Counted from the first letter of the whole stretch, positions 13,175 through 27,586 are shown. The stretch: 63,994 bases of DNA, filler included, from Reticulomyxa filosa (GCA_000512085.1; 18 parts of 18 records of this genome joined end to end with filler, not necessarily neighbours in it); one strand, 5' to 3'. Program-made: numbers and translations. Notes: a model not told the origin generated them from the letters alone.

Positions 13175-14596
13175 CTTTCTAAAAATTAACACATTAACAC
13201 AAACACGTCACTCTTACTGTCAAAGAGAAACTCTTTTTCTTTGCCTCCAAACGTTTCAATAGCACAAAAGATAATAACTCACCAATACAAAGTATTCAAA
13301 ATCTAAGATGGAAATTAAGCCACTCAAAACTGAAAGATCCAAAAAAACTTTTGCTTCACAGAAAAACTCCCACTTTTGATCAACAAGCAACTTGGGGTAG
13401 TCTTTTTTTCAAGTCTGGATACTCACAACTATTATCAAGCTTTCAGTTTATTCCATTTGAAAGTGCTTTGTACAACTAATCTGTAAAGATAGTGCTATAA
13501 TGGAAATTAAATTAACAAATGCAATCAATTAGATCAGCATTATTTACTTCTTGTGGGTATTGAAAAGAGACTTATGCACCAACAGTAGCATCGGTCCTAC
13601 AATTGCTCTCAAAGCAAATAGAAGGAAGTCATATGTTGAACAGTAACTTGCATATAGAAGGATTGTTGAATTACAAAAATAAGAAACTTAAACTTTTTAT
13701 TGTATGATTCCTATAATACAATCGATACAAACGAACTGTAGCGGTTCATTTCCCTCTACAAAATAATGTTTACTTTGTCATTCTTAATTAATCTTTTGTT
13801 ATATTTGCATAAATTTTGATAATATTTCTTTTTGTAGTTGAAAATTCCATAAAGTGACGCAAGAATTTAAATTTACTTATGTTTGAAAAATCACAATATA
13901 CAAAAATTATCCAACAAATTTTACACAGGAAGGAATATGCATATTAAAAAGAAATTTTAGTAAATTAATGAATATCAAAGAATTACTAATCTATTTTGCT
14001 TAATAAATGCCTGTCATATTTTCGACATACTATTACAATATTATTCTATTTAATGAAAACTCAAGCCAAGTTGAAAAACGCATAAGAGAACTTGCACAAA
14101 TGAATCAACAATAAATACCTAAAGCATAATAAGTTTGCATTATTTCATATGCATAGCTTGATTGTTGTAGAATATGCATTGTCCAATACAAAAGAAATAG
14201 CAGAGCAAACTTGTCTTCAAAAAAAAGTTTTTGAATGCTGTTTTTTCGTGAAGAATCGGTCCTTTTTAAAAATGCCGTTTTATGTCGTTTGACCTTAAGG
14301 TTGTACTTTGTTTCTTGCTGGTTGTTTTGTCGTTGCGCTTAGGTGACAAAAAATATGCTTTCACTTGAATTTTGCTTTTTTTCTTTTCCGTCTTTTCGTT
14401 ACTATTTTTCGTGTCCATCTGCTTTGCTTGGACATATGCGCTTAAAAGTAATCTTGGAGTTAGTGTTGGCATATCACTATTTGGCATCGTTTAGTCTACC
14501 TTTAGTTGATAAACCAAGGTTATAATAAGTTTTTTTTTTGCGCAAATTATTGTAATTAGTTTAAAAAGTGAGCAATACATATCAATTACCTACAAG

Positions 14597-15360
14597 ATGT
14601 GGGGAGGTTTTCGTTCTGAAGACATGTCATATGTTCAACTCATTCTTCCTTTGGCCGTGGCCGAAGAGTTTGTTGACTCTATAGGAAGAGAAGGGCTTAT
14701 CGAGTTTACTGACTTAAATGCGGGACTTCAGCCTTATCAAAGGCAGTACACGAAAGACATAATGAAAACTCAAGAAATTGAAAGAAGAATAAAAGAAATT
14801 GAGGCACAATTAGTGGAATATGACATCAACTTTAATAAGGATATATCTGCAGCAGAGCTGAAAGATCGTCAAAGAAAAATGACAATTGACACAATAACAG
14901 TTGTGATAGTCAAAGAGAGGGAAATAAAAAGAGATATGTATATAACAAATGATCAATTATTGTGTGTGATTGATTGTAAAGAAAGACGTCAACGAACACT
15001 TTAAAGAATTGAAAAATCAAGGAAATGCAGAAAAGAATTTGAAAAAACAATTATCAGAGCGAGAGGTAGAATACTTTTTTTTTTTTTTTTGCAATGCTCC
15101 GAAAAGATCTTGCGCAATAGCGTGGGAAATTTTTTCTCTTTTCAAAGTATTGGTAATGTGCATTTTTGCATGACTGCACCTTTTAGGACTCAGTTCGCGT
15201 TTTACAACAAATTGACCAGTTCTTGGCTTGGAGAAATGACGCAGAAGTTCTTTTGCAACAGCGGCAGCAAAGAAAAAATCAAGCATCCCAACGTCCAACC
15301 AGCGAAACCGAGTTATTGCAACCTTCGAGTATGTGATGCATTTTCAAAAAAAAAAAAAAA
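14597..15360 (+). CDS. ATP6V0A: V-type H+-ATPase V0 subunit a, N-terminal part (truncated by contig end)
   Basis: MWGGFRSEDMSYVQLIL...IGREGLIEFTDLN...PYQRQYTKDI...EIERRI is the hallmark N-terminus. Introns at about 14904-14980 and after 15065. Confidence 0.92.
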
Positions 15361-15510
15361 NNNNNNNNNNNNNNNNNNNNNNNNNNNNNNNNNNNNNNNN
15401 NNNNTTAATTAATTAANNNNNNNNNNNNNNNNNNNNNNNNNNNNNNNNNNNNNNNNNNNNAGTTAAGCCCCCAAATTTTTTAAAATTTACGTATGTTCAA
15501 AAAAAAAAAG

Positions 15511-15732
15511 GATGTGACACAATGAGATTTGGGATTTTGGTTGTGGTGGACATTAGATTGTAGGTTTGATATACGATGAAGTGTCAGACGGCACAGTCAA
15601 ATTGTATTTCGATAGCCAAGAATATGGAATTAAATCCATTTCTTATGTTTAGCTTTTTTTTTTTTCCCTACCCTTTTTTTTTTTAAATTTTAAGGAAACA
15701 GAGAGTGGTGGAAAACAACAACAATGACAAAC

Positions 15733-15763
<31 letters not shown>

Positions 15764-16588
15764 GTTCAACATAGGTATTGTGTTTTGTCTGTGTGTATGT
15801 GTGCATGTGCCATTGATGTAGCAATGTGGCTGGCAAAAATTTGGTGCAAATTATTTGATGACCAATGGCATGGAATCAACTGAGGACTATTACTATCGCA
15901 AGTCTTCTTGCACAAATGATATTGATCCATCCATAAGCAACTTTTGTTCGGACATGGAATATGTTGGAAAAGTTAAGTTATTCAATCCCATTGCCTAAAC
16001 AAAAAGCTTCATTGAGAGTGTTTTCAAATACATTATTTTTATTTTTTTTATTATTTTTTTTTTTTGTGGTGATAAAAGGTGTGGCTTGCTTGCGGAATTC
16101 TGAGCATAATTTGGGCAGCTTTGGCAATTGGAGTGGCGATCAAATGGAAAAAAGAAAGCAAAGCTTTGGGTGCGTTACTGTTATTGTGTTGGGTCAACCT
16201 GAGCATTGGTGTTGGCACTTGGAACAATGGAGAACGATGCACCGATATTGAATCATGGACTTCTGAAATTGCTACCTTTGACACACATATCGGAGTGTTT
16301 GTAACCTTTCTTTTTTTTTTTTTTTTTTGTTCATTTTTTTTTTCAAAAAGGTAACTTTCCTCCTTCCCCCCCCTTAAAAAAAATTTGTTTGTATTGCGTG
16401 CTGTGAATTAAAGTTCGCTGGGACTGTTATATACGGCTATTGCTCATGCGGTTGCTGGCTTTGTGCTGTGGTGCTATTTCATGGCAAATATTTTCATTAA
16501 ATCCCGAGCCCAACAACAATTGAACGGAAATGGAACTGCTCCACCACAGGCCCGGGTCACCATTGGCGATGAATCTGTCAATGAATAA
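15511..16588 (+). CDS. Small multi-pass (claudin/PMP22-like) membrane protein, spliced
   Basis: Cys-containing loop (CGWQKFG...SSC...NFC) then hydrophobic helices VWLACGILSIIWAALAIGVAI, LGALLLLCWVNLSIGV, SLGLLYTAIAHAVAGFVLWCYF. Stop at 16586-16588; start uncertain. Confidence 0.45.
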
Positions 16589-17110
16589 ACTATTTCTATT
16601 GTCAACATTTCCAAACGAACAAACGACTGTCACAGTGTCACAAATCTCAAATCTCCACCGAAATCACGGGTTGTTTTTCTTTGTGTGGCATTTTTTTTGA
16701 AACATTTATTTTTTGTTTTTTTTAACTATTATCAATTTTGCATTTCCAGAAAATCACTGAATGTTTCTCGATTTGGAATGACATGATGTATTCATCCATC
16801 CTTTTTTTATTTTAAATAAAGAACAATTACGTGACGAAGAGCAATGTTCTTCTCCGAGTCCTGACAAGTTTAAGTGAGTACGTTTTAAGGAAATTTCTTG
16901 TGGTTCTTTTCCTAATCAGTTCCTTTTTTAAACGTAAAAACTATTACCACAAAAAAATAATCCACGTTCGTGATGGTAAACAAATTTCAAGATAAACATT
17001 CAATTTAAAGAATTTATTTGACTGGACAAATATGCTCATCAAAGCACCACACGTTGATTTTTTTTTAAGAAACAAAAATATCCCGAAGGAACGTTTTAGG
17101 ATACTGAACA

Positions 17111-17507
17111 ATGGATTCATTGAATTCTCATCCAAAAGGGCATGCTGTCACAATCACACCATGGCCACGCACCAAAATAGTCGAGTGCTCTTTCTGCTCG
17201 TTTTTTTTGGGGGGGGGGAAGAAATAAACAAAAGGAGTGCCTGGCGTGCACTGGAAAAAGAGAGAAAAAAAAGGGATGTGCAACAAATATAGATAATAAA
17301 TTGCACATACACAAAAAAAAAAGTTTAACGAGTATCGTAACATACCATTGTCGCAATTCAATAGCGTGATGAATTCATTTTTATCATGGTGTACTCAACG
17401 TTTCCAACTTCTGTTACTGCGTTGTATTGTAACCTATGTGATATACGCATTTGTCACAGTGTATTGCCTCCACCTTGTGGCCTTTATTTCAAGTTTGTGA
17501 ATGTGTC

Positions 17508-17541
<34 letters not shown>

Positions 17542-19755
17542 AAAGAATAAAATGAATAAAAATAAAATAAAAACAATGACAATAAAAATGCAGGGAAAGC
17601 AGCATTGGATTATACATACGTAATAACAGGATGGTATAACATGTCATTTGCAAAAATGATCCTCTACAACGTATTGCTTCTTAGCTATCGTTTCAATTTC
17701 AGCCAAAGTTTGTACCATAAACATATTTACAACAAAGTCCAATAGCAGCTAAATGACAACTTAACTAAAACTGCTTACTAAATTACACTAACAAAATACT
17801 CCTAATCCTAATCCTTAACAACAATGTAACAATAATAATAACAACAATAATAACAATAACAATAATAAATGACAATGTTGGCAATGTGGACACAGTGAAA
17901 AGGTCTGACCGTTCGATGCTTCCATCAAAAGTATATGGCTTGGGAATATGGATTGAGTTGCTATGGATGATCGGCATAGCACAGAGCCTGTGCAACAGCA
18001 ACTTGCGTTGGTACGAGGGCGAGCTATCTTTGAGGGGACATTCGGTGTCGACCAACGAAGAGTTTATGGAGTGGACTTTCAAATGGGCTTTTTTCGTCTT
18101 CGTTTTACTCGTCATTGCACTGCCTCATACATGGCAGCGCAATGTTGTTCTCATTCCGCATATCGCCGTTTCGGAACCATTTTTTATTTTAAACAATATA
18201 TATATATATATATATATGTATATATGCATATACATATATATATATTTTTTTATTTATTTATTGTTGTAATTGTCAATAGTATGACGGAAGCGGCTATTTG
18301 AAACAAGAAATGCAGAAACAATTTTTATTCAATGTGTTGATAACAACATGCTATGTCGTGTTTGCAATGGTGATGATATGTATTTTGGATCAACTCAATT
18401 ATTTGTTCCCTTGGTTTTGCAATTCGAAAACGGCATCTCGCCTCAACACCGTCGTTATTCTAGCTCCTCAACACCACTTTTATTTCTCATGGGCACATAT
18501 ATTGACTATTTCGAAAACTTTATTCATTAAGTTTACCTTTATTCATTTTTTTTTTGAAAGTGATTTGTTATGTTTGACAGATTTTTTTTTTTTGCCTTAT
18601 TTGTTTGTTTGAATAAAAACAAAAAAGTGCGTTTATAGTACATTGGCAATTCCTGTTAAGCGACACAGTTCGTTGTTCCATTATGGGCTCCGCTATTGAT
18701 TTTCGGTATCCTGAACACCCGATCTTCCCTAATGCTCAAGATATCAATTATCGCCATATGATATTAACACAAACTTTCCCTGCCAGTGGCTATGACAAGG
18801 TCAAACAGTACTATTATGTTGAGTACGGATATGGGATGGTCTTTTTTTTTTTTAAAAAAAAAAAAAGGGGAGAGTGCTGAGTGAGCGTTCTACAAAAAAT
18901 ATATGTGTGTACATGTATAATAATAACAGTATATGTGCTTGCGGGGTTTACTTCATGATGTGCAAATGTCCGAGCACGAACGGTCATTGATATTTTGCAA
19001 TCCAAAAATCTGGAAATTGATTTGCTCCAACTGCTAGCAGAGATTACCACATTTGCTAAAGATACGGATGACTATCTGCGTATTTATTCCAAGCCAATGA
19101 TGTCTGAGCTCCATTGCATATGGAAAGCCACTCCACATATTCATCGCTTATTTGAAGCCCATCACTTGATCATCTGGAGTGCAAAAAGTTTACTTATGTC
19201 TTCTTTTTTTTGTGCATATACGTGATATATGTACTTGCACGTGTGTGTTCTCCTTTTCCTTTCTTCTCTTTGAATGATTGAACATTAGTTTTAGTGACAT
19301 TAATCCTCAGAGGAAATGAAGAAGACTATCAAGAGGTATTAACCAAAAATTTTGTTTTTTTTAATCGTTGCTTCAATCAACTTTGTCTACAATCTGTTGC
19401 AATACTGTTTATTTGATTTTAAAACTATTCCCAGACTGTGAAACCACAAATCTTGCCGATATTACGCGCATTATTGGATGTACTTGAGTTACTGAACGCA
19501 TTTGGTAAGAGCTCAAGCTATCAATTATGTAGAACTTGGTCAATGTGGTCCCTCCCTTTCAAGCGCAAAACTATTGATATTAGTGAACGAGGACATATTT
19601 GGAAGAGAGAATATTTGGAGTTGCACAGATGTATTGAGACCTGTGTGTGCATGATGGTTGGAAAGTTCGGAGGAAGCTTAAGAAATCTTAATTTAACCAT
19701 CAAACAGAAAAAGTTGTTGGAAAACTATTTATTCAATATTAGAGGGGTTAATTGA
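17111..19755 (+). pseudogene. Multi-TM protein with C-terminal RGS-like domain (7TM-RGS-like), probably disrupted
   Basis: About 6-7 hydrophobic segments over several exons, DGSGYLKQE loop, then ILTQTFPASGYDKVKQYYYVEYG resembling the RGS start. In-frame stops and frameshifts near 17745 and 18680. Confidence 0.45.
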
Positions 19756-20453
19756 TTAACTTGTTTGTTGGAAGTGACATACGCCCTTTCAATTTTTGTA
19801 ATTTGAGGTAGTAGCTTTCCCTGTAGTAAAGATCCAAACTTTACTCTTTTGCGACTCGAATGTCGCTTTTTTTCTTTATTTAACGTTTGAATTAATATTT
19901 TTCATACCAAATCAAATTCGAAATGTCATGGTTTTACTTTCTGCTTGGCTCTGAAATTGCTAATTTTCAATTTTTAGTATGGGATATAAGCTCACCCCTT
20001 TTAAAATAAATATTCTGTACAGAGTATTCTAATGGATTAAAAGTAGCTTGTGAAAACTTGTCGATCTCGTTTATTTTTTACAAGCTATTACCAATGCAAA
20101 CTTTAGTAGATCTTAGTGAAAATGTTTTGACCTTCTGATCAAGTAGACTATTATGAAAAAGAATCCGAAGCTCCTAACTTGCACTATAATATAGTACGAT
20201 TTTCTTTGAGCCATAAACAAATGAATGAAAGTGGTGTTTTCTCTTGGAAAAAGTAAAATCCAGACAAGTTGTTAAGATGAGGTTGTTTCAAGCCACAACA
20301 TATCTTTAGCTAATCAATAACAATAAAATAAGAGATCTTGGAGGCATAAGAGATCGATGACGTACAAAATCCAAGGAAAAAAACAAAATGTGCAGCAAGG
20401 AAGAAAAGTGTAAATGAATATAATAATTATGCCTCCAAAGAGATTGAACTTAT

Positions 20454-21599
20454 TTATCCTCTTTGTTGTCTCCCTTGTCGATTTAATTCGCTTTGTTCGA
20501 TTGGAGTTCGACAAATGGGGCATACATGGTTTATCCGTAACCATCTCTCAATTTCTTCATTATGGAAAATGTGCAAACAAGGTAATCGATGAATGTGGTC
20601 ACCTTCTTTGAATGCTTCTAAACAAATACAACACTTATGGAATTCATCTTGACTATTTTTTTTTGGCCCATCTTTTTTTGGCTCATCTTTTTTTTTTCGT
20701 CTTGTTGTTCGTTGGTCTTTTCTTGTTGTCTTTCCTTTTTTTTTTTTTTCCCAAAATAAAGGGACACGTATACATTTGCTTACTATCTATCTCTCCAATG
20801 GATCCTCTTTTATGCACATGTATCATAAAACTCAACTCGAAAAGTATCGACAGGCAGTCGTGAAATGTCTCTATAGGAGGCGCCTCTAGGTATCGGAGGA
20901 TACAAACTAAGGAGAGATTCAAAATCAATATCCTCATCGTCCATCATAAAGCCTCGATGACTTTGTGCCATCCCGGCTCTAAGTGAAAAGATTTCTTCCG
21001 CAAACGCATCCTTTTTCGAGGTACATAATATTTCAAATATTGTCAAGGTATTTTGTGATGTATAATTTAAGAAGAAAAATTACAAAAGGCTTGTAAGTAC
21101 GCAAAAACAAAACAACAACTAAACGTTAAAGAGTGAGTCCAAATGGACATCGTCATCATCTTCTTCGTCACCTTCATCATCTTCGTCATCAAATTGAGAG
21201 AAACAAGCACTGTCAGCATCTGAATCCATACCGTCAAAGCAACCGCTGAGCGTTTCAGGCTCTTCGAGAAAATGCACTGTGTTCATTTCTTGTTTCCTTT
21301 GTTGTCTTTGTTGACGCTGCGCCGCAACGTGCGATCGCACCCCTGCGCGTGTACGCATCTGCGTTCTTCGCTGGTGATTGTGGTCACGGTTATCGTTATG
21401 GTTATGGTTATGGTTATGGTTGTGGCTTTGATTATGACGACGGCCAACGTCTTCGCGATCAAACTGTGCCGCCAGTTGGCGGGCATACACTTCGTCCGAT
21501 ATCTCTTGTTCACTTCGACCCGCATTATGCGCGTCACGTGAGACGTCGTTCATGTCTACATCCTCGTTGTTATTTGTATCTTTATTTGTTTTGTTATCG

Positions 21600-21637
<38 letters not shown>
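20454..21637 (-). CDS. RING-H2 E3 ligase with MIU/UIM-like motif (5' truncated)
   Basis: Last exon reads KCCICLEAFKEGDHIHRLPCLHIFHNEEIERWLRINHVCPICRTPI. Upstream are FESLLSL..PRGAS...ISRLP (typical pre-RING segment), SDEVYARQLAAQFD and (HN)n/acidic tracts. Confidence 0.88.
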
Positions 21638-21823
21638 NNNNNNNNNNNNNNNNNNNNNNNNNNNNNNNNNNNNNNNNNNNNTTAATTAATTAANNNNNNN
21701 NNNNNNNNNNNNNNNNNNNNNNNNNNNNNNNNNNNNNATATATATATATATATATATACATATATGTATATGTATATATATGTACATATATTTATATATG
21801 TATATATATATTATCTTTGTACA

Positions 21824-24800
21824 GCTGCAACATAGCGTGGAAGAACAGAAGACGGAAATAAAATCCCTTCGCGAGTCTATTGACACGTTGAAAAACAAGC
21901 ACGAAACCACGGCCGCACACAAGTATCGCGCGTCGGCACAAGAAGAACTGGTGAGTTCATTGAAAACGAGGAACGCGTCATTGGAGGGCAAGTTGGAGGA
22001 GTTGCAAGAGAAAGTAGCGACATTGAAAGCAGAAATAGCACGCATGCAGGCGGAAAAGGCCACGCTCGACGATCGATTCGAGACACTGAGTCAGTCGACG
22101 CAATCGAAGCTGACGCAGATCGAGCGTCTTCAGGACATGGTCAACGAGTCGCATCAAAGAGAGTCGAGTCTGCAGCTCAAGCTCAACAGTGCACAGATGG
22201 AAATGGAAAAGCTGCGTTTGACGTTGGAACAGTGGCAGGGCAAGTATGCGCAGCTCGAAAAAGGACGGAAAGAGGGTGCGGACAAGGACGAGTTCTTACA
22301 GCGAAGCACCGATCTGTTGAAAGAAAAGTCATTTTTAAAGTTTGGAGTAGATCGCTTGCGAAAGAAGAGTGTGTCGAAAAAGGACATTGTCGATGAGCTT
22401 TTTGATGTGAACATGCATGGCGAAGACAACAGTGTCCCATTGAAAGATTTTTTATATTTGAAAGAGCAATTCAACAATTTGCACAATGAAAAAATGGCTC
22501 AGTTTTGTTTTTGTTTGAAAAATAGTTTATTTATTTAATTTATTTGTTTGTTAATTTGTGTTGCGAATGATAAAACAGAGATCGGGAATTGGATCGGCAA
22601 CGAGAAGAATGGTCAGAACTCGTGAGTGACAAGGAAGAAAAATTGCGCAAGATGAAAGAAAAGTTTGGAAAGTTGAGCGAGGAGTTTTTGGTGGTTTCGA
22701 AAAAATACGAGATTTTGAAGCAGCACTTTGACGGGATAACCAGAGACCGTTCGGTAGTGATCGAGCAGTTGAAGTCCGAGGCCCAACGGGCGACCGCCAG
22801 TCAACATAAGCTGCAAGCGGTGGAAACGCAGATCGAAGAGCTGGAGTCGGAGAAGTCGAAATTGGAAAAGGAAAAGGTGAAGCTGGCACAAGACCATACG
22901 GAAATGGAGTTGAAGACAGAGGAGCTGAAACAACAATATCAACAATTGAAAAAGGAGCTGTCGAATGTGAAAACGGAAAAGAGCAAATGGGAGGAACGCA
23001 GCACGCGATTGAAACAGGAGTCGTTGAAGATATCCGACAAAGTGTTTGAGTCGCAACAACATATCGAACAGGAACTTACAGCATTGCGAGCAGAGAAGAA
23101 TACCATTGCACAGCAATTGGAAGATAAAACATATGAATTGGAAGAAGTCAAAGGCAATTTGGAAAGATGCGAACAAGAATCTTTGTCTTGGAAAGACAAA
23201 TTTGAAAAGGCGAGACAACAGTACGAATTTGAAAATGGACAACATGATAATACGCTGAGAAAGTTCCACGAATTAAAATCCTTTTCCGAAGACTTGAAAA
23301 ACAAGTTTGATGAATTGACTCGTCTCAATGCTTTGTTGCAACAAGAACTTTCCAAATTTGGACATACTTCATCATCTTTACCATTGCCATTACCACTGTC
23401 ATCATTGTCATCATCGTCATCTTCGGCCACGATAACAACATTGCAATCTCATTCGAACAATGATCGTGACCATCACTCCGCCAAACAACACTCATCGGAA
23501 TGGGCGAATGAAAAGATGGAATTGGAGCGCAAAGTACACATGTTGGAAGAAGAGAACAAGTTGATCCAAAACAAGATTCAACATCTGAGCGACGAAAAGC
23601 AACAACTACTTCAAGCCGTGGATCACTACAAGACCTTGAACAACGACTTGGACAACAAGTGCATGCAGCTGCGATACTCCTTGGCCTCGCTCCAATCCAA
23701 CGACGGCGCACACAAAGAAGATGCAACGCGTACACATCCGAGTCGGGATGCGTTGCTCGAAAATGAGCCATCCTCCTCGCAGGCCACTTTGTCCCAAAAG
23801 TACGAGCGCTTGAAGATCGAGTACTTCCAATTGAAAGAGGAGTTTGAGTTCCGCAAAGGGAACTTTGCTCAATGCCAACAAGAATACGAGTCTTTGAAAT
23901 GGCAACACGACTCCTCAATTCAACGTACAAAGGAAATGGAAATGACCAACATGCAACTGCAACAGCAGCTCCAAACAAGCGAGTCTCGTCTGCGACTATT
24001 GGAACAACAGCTCCAAAGCGTGTCGGAGGACAACAACAAGCTGAAACTGAACTCACATGCACTGTCCTCGAATGCGGAACTCGTGCAAGAACAATTGAAA
24101 ACATCGGCGCTCGCGCTGTCCTCCACGAGTGACTCCAAGGCCTTGTTGGAGCGTCAGCAAAAACAATTAATGGAAGACATGCGTCTGCTGCAACATGCAT
24201 CTGCCACCAAAGACGAGCAATTGCAAACGTTTTCGCAACACTGTGACGAGTTGTCCAAACTCAACACTCAATTGTCCAAAGATATACAAGACTTGCAACT
24301 GGAACAACGACGATTACATGAACAGGTGCTAGGTTTGCGCGACACTCTTAAAAGCATGGAACATGAAAACGACCAACTCTCGCGACAAACAAAGGAGTTG
24401 ACGTTGCAACGCGACGAATTAAAACACAACTTTGACCGCTTGCATCGACATTTTAATCTCATTACAAACGACAATAACAGCAATAACAACAATAACAAAA
24501 CGGATACTGCTACCATTGAAATATTGCAACAGTCAGTCGAACAGCACAAAGAAAAAATTGCGAAATCGCAAGAAATTATTGACAAATTGACTGAACAAGC
24601 TGGCGAATTCGATGCCAAATGGAATCAACTGCAATCTCGTTACCATGAAAAATGTCAAAAGACAGTTTCCCTTGAACAGGAACTGTCGCAAATGAAACGA
24701 GAATGTGAGTATCTTCGATATGCACAAACCAACATGGAAGCACAATTGGCATTGTCTCATAAAAAAGATGTCAAAACAATGATCGATGCTTTGGGCTTGG

Positions 24801-24868
24801 GAGATGATAATGTCACTCGTTCCAATTTGCAGGAAAGAAAAGATACACTTTCATCTTCTTCTTCTTCT
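21824..24868 (+). CDS. Large coiled-coil protein (internal fragment)
   Basis: Two long exons (~225 aa and ~760 aa) of E/K/Q/L heptad-rich sequence separated by an intron at about 22496-22579. No catalytic motif seen. Confidence 0.85.
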
Positions 24869-25563
24869 NNNNNNNNNNNNNNNNNNNNNNNNNNNNNNNN
24901 NNNNNNNNNNNNTTAATTAATTAANNNNNNNNNNNNNNNNNNNNNNNNNNNNNNNNNNNNNNNNNNNNTCCAAAAGCCAAACTACAACTGTTGATAAGTA
25001 TGTAAATATATTGTTTTTGTGGTGTTGTCAAATCAAAATATATTAAATGATCTTGTGTTTAGAAAAATTTAAAATGTATTAACTATTTTTGAACAGGAGC
25101 ACGAAATAGCATTTGGCTCATTGCACTTTTGCCTCAGGAAATAAGCTGTTGGCGCAAAATAATGTGTATTTAGAATTTTGTGAACAAATAAATACAAAAA
25201 CCAAATGAATTACCAATGAAAAAAAAGAAATAATCAAGAAAAAGGATATGTTTTTTAATAGTATAAAGGAGGAATTCAGTTGTCAAACAAGAAATAATAC
25301 AAAAATGATAATAATCTATGACAGTGGACATAAATTTTTTCTCTTTCATTTCGTAAACAATTGCATCCAAGTTAGACTTGGGTGAGAAGCTCGGCACTAT
25401 AATCCAACGGAGTAACAATAGAAACTCTTCAGTTATTGAGGGAAAGTGAGAATGTAATGGTATTGGCTGAAAAAAGCAAAAAAAGAGTTAGAAAAAAAGA
25501 TTAAAAATTGTACAAAGAAAAACAGTTGAAAATTGTCATAGCAACATTCAAAGTTGCTGACAG

Positions 25564-26094
25564 TCACTTTGGGGGTGAAGGACTCAACGGGTCGAAAATA
25601 TCAATAAAAAAATCATATTTGCTAAAATCATAAATAAGTGCTAACTTCCAATGTATTTGTACGGTACACAATTGTATGCTTTTCCACGCATTTTCGCCCA
25701 AAACGCTGCTCAATGACTGCTTGCACAAATTGATGGTCATTTGATTGACAATGCGTTGTTTGTCACATTCTCGCAAAACTTTCCAACCATCAAGATCAAC
25801 CAAGCGTATATCAAACTTGTCGATAAGTAATTTGGGCAAAACGCTTAAATCCATAGTCATATCCTCGGGAATGGATTGGTCTGTGTCATCTCCTTTCCAA
25901 TTATTATCACTAACAGTATTTTTATCGTTATGTTCACTTGTTGATTGAATTTGTTGTTTATCAATCAACTTTTCCTTTTGAGTTGTCAAAGGTGGCAACG
26001 TGATTATTTGAAAAGGTTTAACATTTTGAGATTGGGCTTGTGACAAGTTTTGTGCCCATCGGACGGAAGTAACTACGAAGGCTTCTTGGCCCAT
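25564..26094 (-). CDS. Hypothetical protein (probably spliced)
   Basis: About 145 aa of globular-looking ORF before a likely intron. No family recognised. Confidence 0.45.
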   Translation of the reverse strand: MGQEAFVVTSVRWAQNLSQAQSQNVKPFQIITLPPLTTQKEKLIDKQQIQSTSEHNDKNTVSDNNWKGDDTDQSIPEDMTMDLSVLPKLLIDKFDIRLVDLDGWKVLRECDKQRIVNQMTINLCKQSLSSVLGENAWKSIQLCTVQIHWKLALIYDFSKYDFFIDIFDPLSPSPPK

Positions 26095-27292
26095 TTCATT
26101 GTTTACAAAATAATTGCATGAAAATAACTGATGGTTCCCTGTTTGAATTAAGATGACTATGGCTGGAAATTTACTAGTCCGCAAACGCAAATACTTTTGC
26201 GTGTTGCGGCTTCAACCAATCCGTTCATCATGTCTTTCCTCAATAAGTCATCAATTATTTCTTTTATATGTTTTTGCTATACAATATGCGTTTACAAATT
26301 TTTTACAGATAAAAAACGTTTAGTTTTTCTTGATAACTAAATTTGCAACAACCTTTCAATCTACGTTTCAACTCATAAAAAAGACATTACATCGATGCCG
26401 TTGATTGAACATATTATTTGAAAGATTTTATGTTAAACGTTGATTAATTAAATGACTATTTGGTTACTCTTTATTTTGAAAAAAGTGGACGTCCACTAAA
26501 ATATAGTAGCAAAAATTATTAAAGTACAATGTAAAATCTTCTAGTAAAACTAAGTGTTATTTTTTAAAACAAACTATTTGTAAAGAATAAAAGATAATTT
26601 GGAAAATTTAAAAAAAAAGAAGTGTAATGAATGTACGATTAACTGTATTATACTTGATGTGTTTATGTTGACACTAAATTGTAGCAAATATGAAAAAAAT
26701 AATTTTGTATTACAATAACTACATGATAAATAGTATATATAATTTAATTTAAAAAGTTTTATTCTTTTTAAAATTTAAATTAAATTTTAATTACAATTTA
26801 ATTTCTGGTAATATAAATTAGAGCTAGTTTCACTACAGCTTGCAGGACAATATTTTTAAAATTCAGTATTTAAATATTTGTAAGGTTCCCAAAATCATGA
26901 CATGCATCACACTTTTTGAAAAACATAAAAATTTATTAGTTGCTCTTATTTGGTCAGAATAAGTTATGTTTCCATAATATCATTAAATGCATTAATAAAA
27001 TCGTAAAATCAAATATACATGCACTAGTTAGAATTTTGCAAGAAATAAAAAAGCTCCAAATATTCGATCGATTATCATTCCAATGTATCTGGAGACAAAA
27101 CAAATTTGTAATGCTCAAAAACTTTAGTACAAAAAAAAAGATTTAGCTTAAACACTAAAACAGCATCTAAAAACTTATCAAATCTAGAATTTAAGCCCAA
27201 AAAAAGTTTCCAAACGAAAGGGACAAAAAGACCGGTTAGGAGTTGAAACAAGATAATATATAATTTCAACTATCACATTTAGATTTTCAATA

Positions 27293-27586
27293 ATGCTCCC
27301 GATTTGGTTTTGGGTATTTGCTGTCTTGATTGTTCCGGTATATGTGATGACGTCATTCCTTGGTTTGCACGTTTTGAAAATTCTGCTGATATTTATTATT
27401 GATGTTAAACCAAAGAATTTCTCTTCTGTCTTCCAATTTTTGTCACCCGTCGTAACTTCTCTGAAAACGATTATCATTGAGACATTTGGAAATGTTAGAA
27501 CTTTTCAGCCCAAGCTGACTGACATATTATTGTATGGTTTAATTGTGGCGGTTAGTTTATGCATCAGTCAATATAATCAAAAGTAA
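27293..27586 (+). CDS. Putative small membrane protein (97 aa)
   Basis: ATG-to-TAA ORF in AT-rich intergenic context with 2-3 hydrophobic segments. Confidence 0.3.
   Translation: MLPIWFWVFAVLIVPVYVMTSFLGLHVLKILLIFIIDVKPKNFSSVFQFLSPVVTSLKTIIIETFGNVRTFQPKLTDILLYGLIVAVSLCISQYNQK

Noticed and set aside
19803-19815. TGAGGTAGTAG, identical to the 5' end of let-7
   Set aside because: An 11-nt match with no hairpin partner seen; expected by chance.
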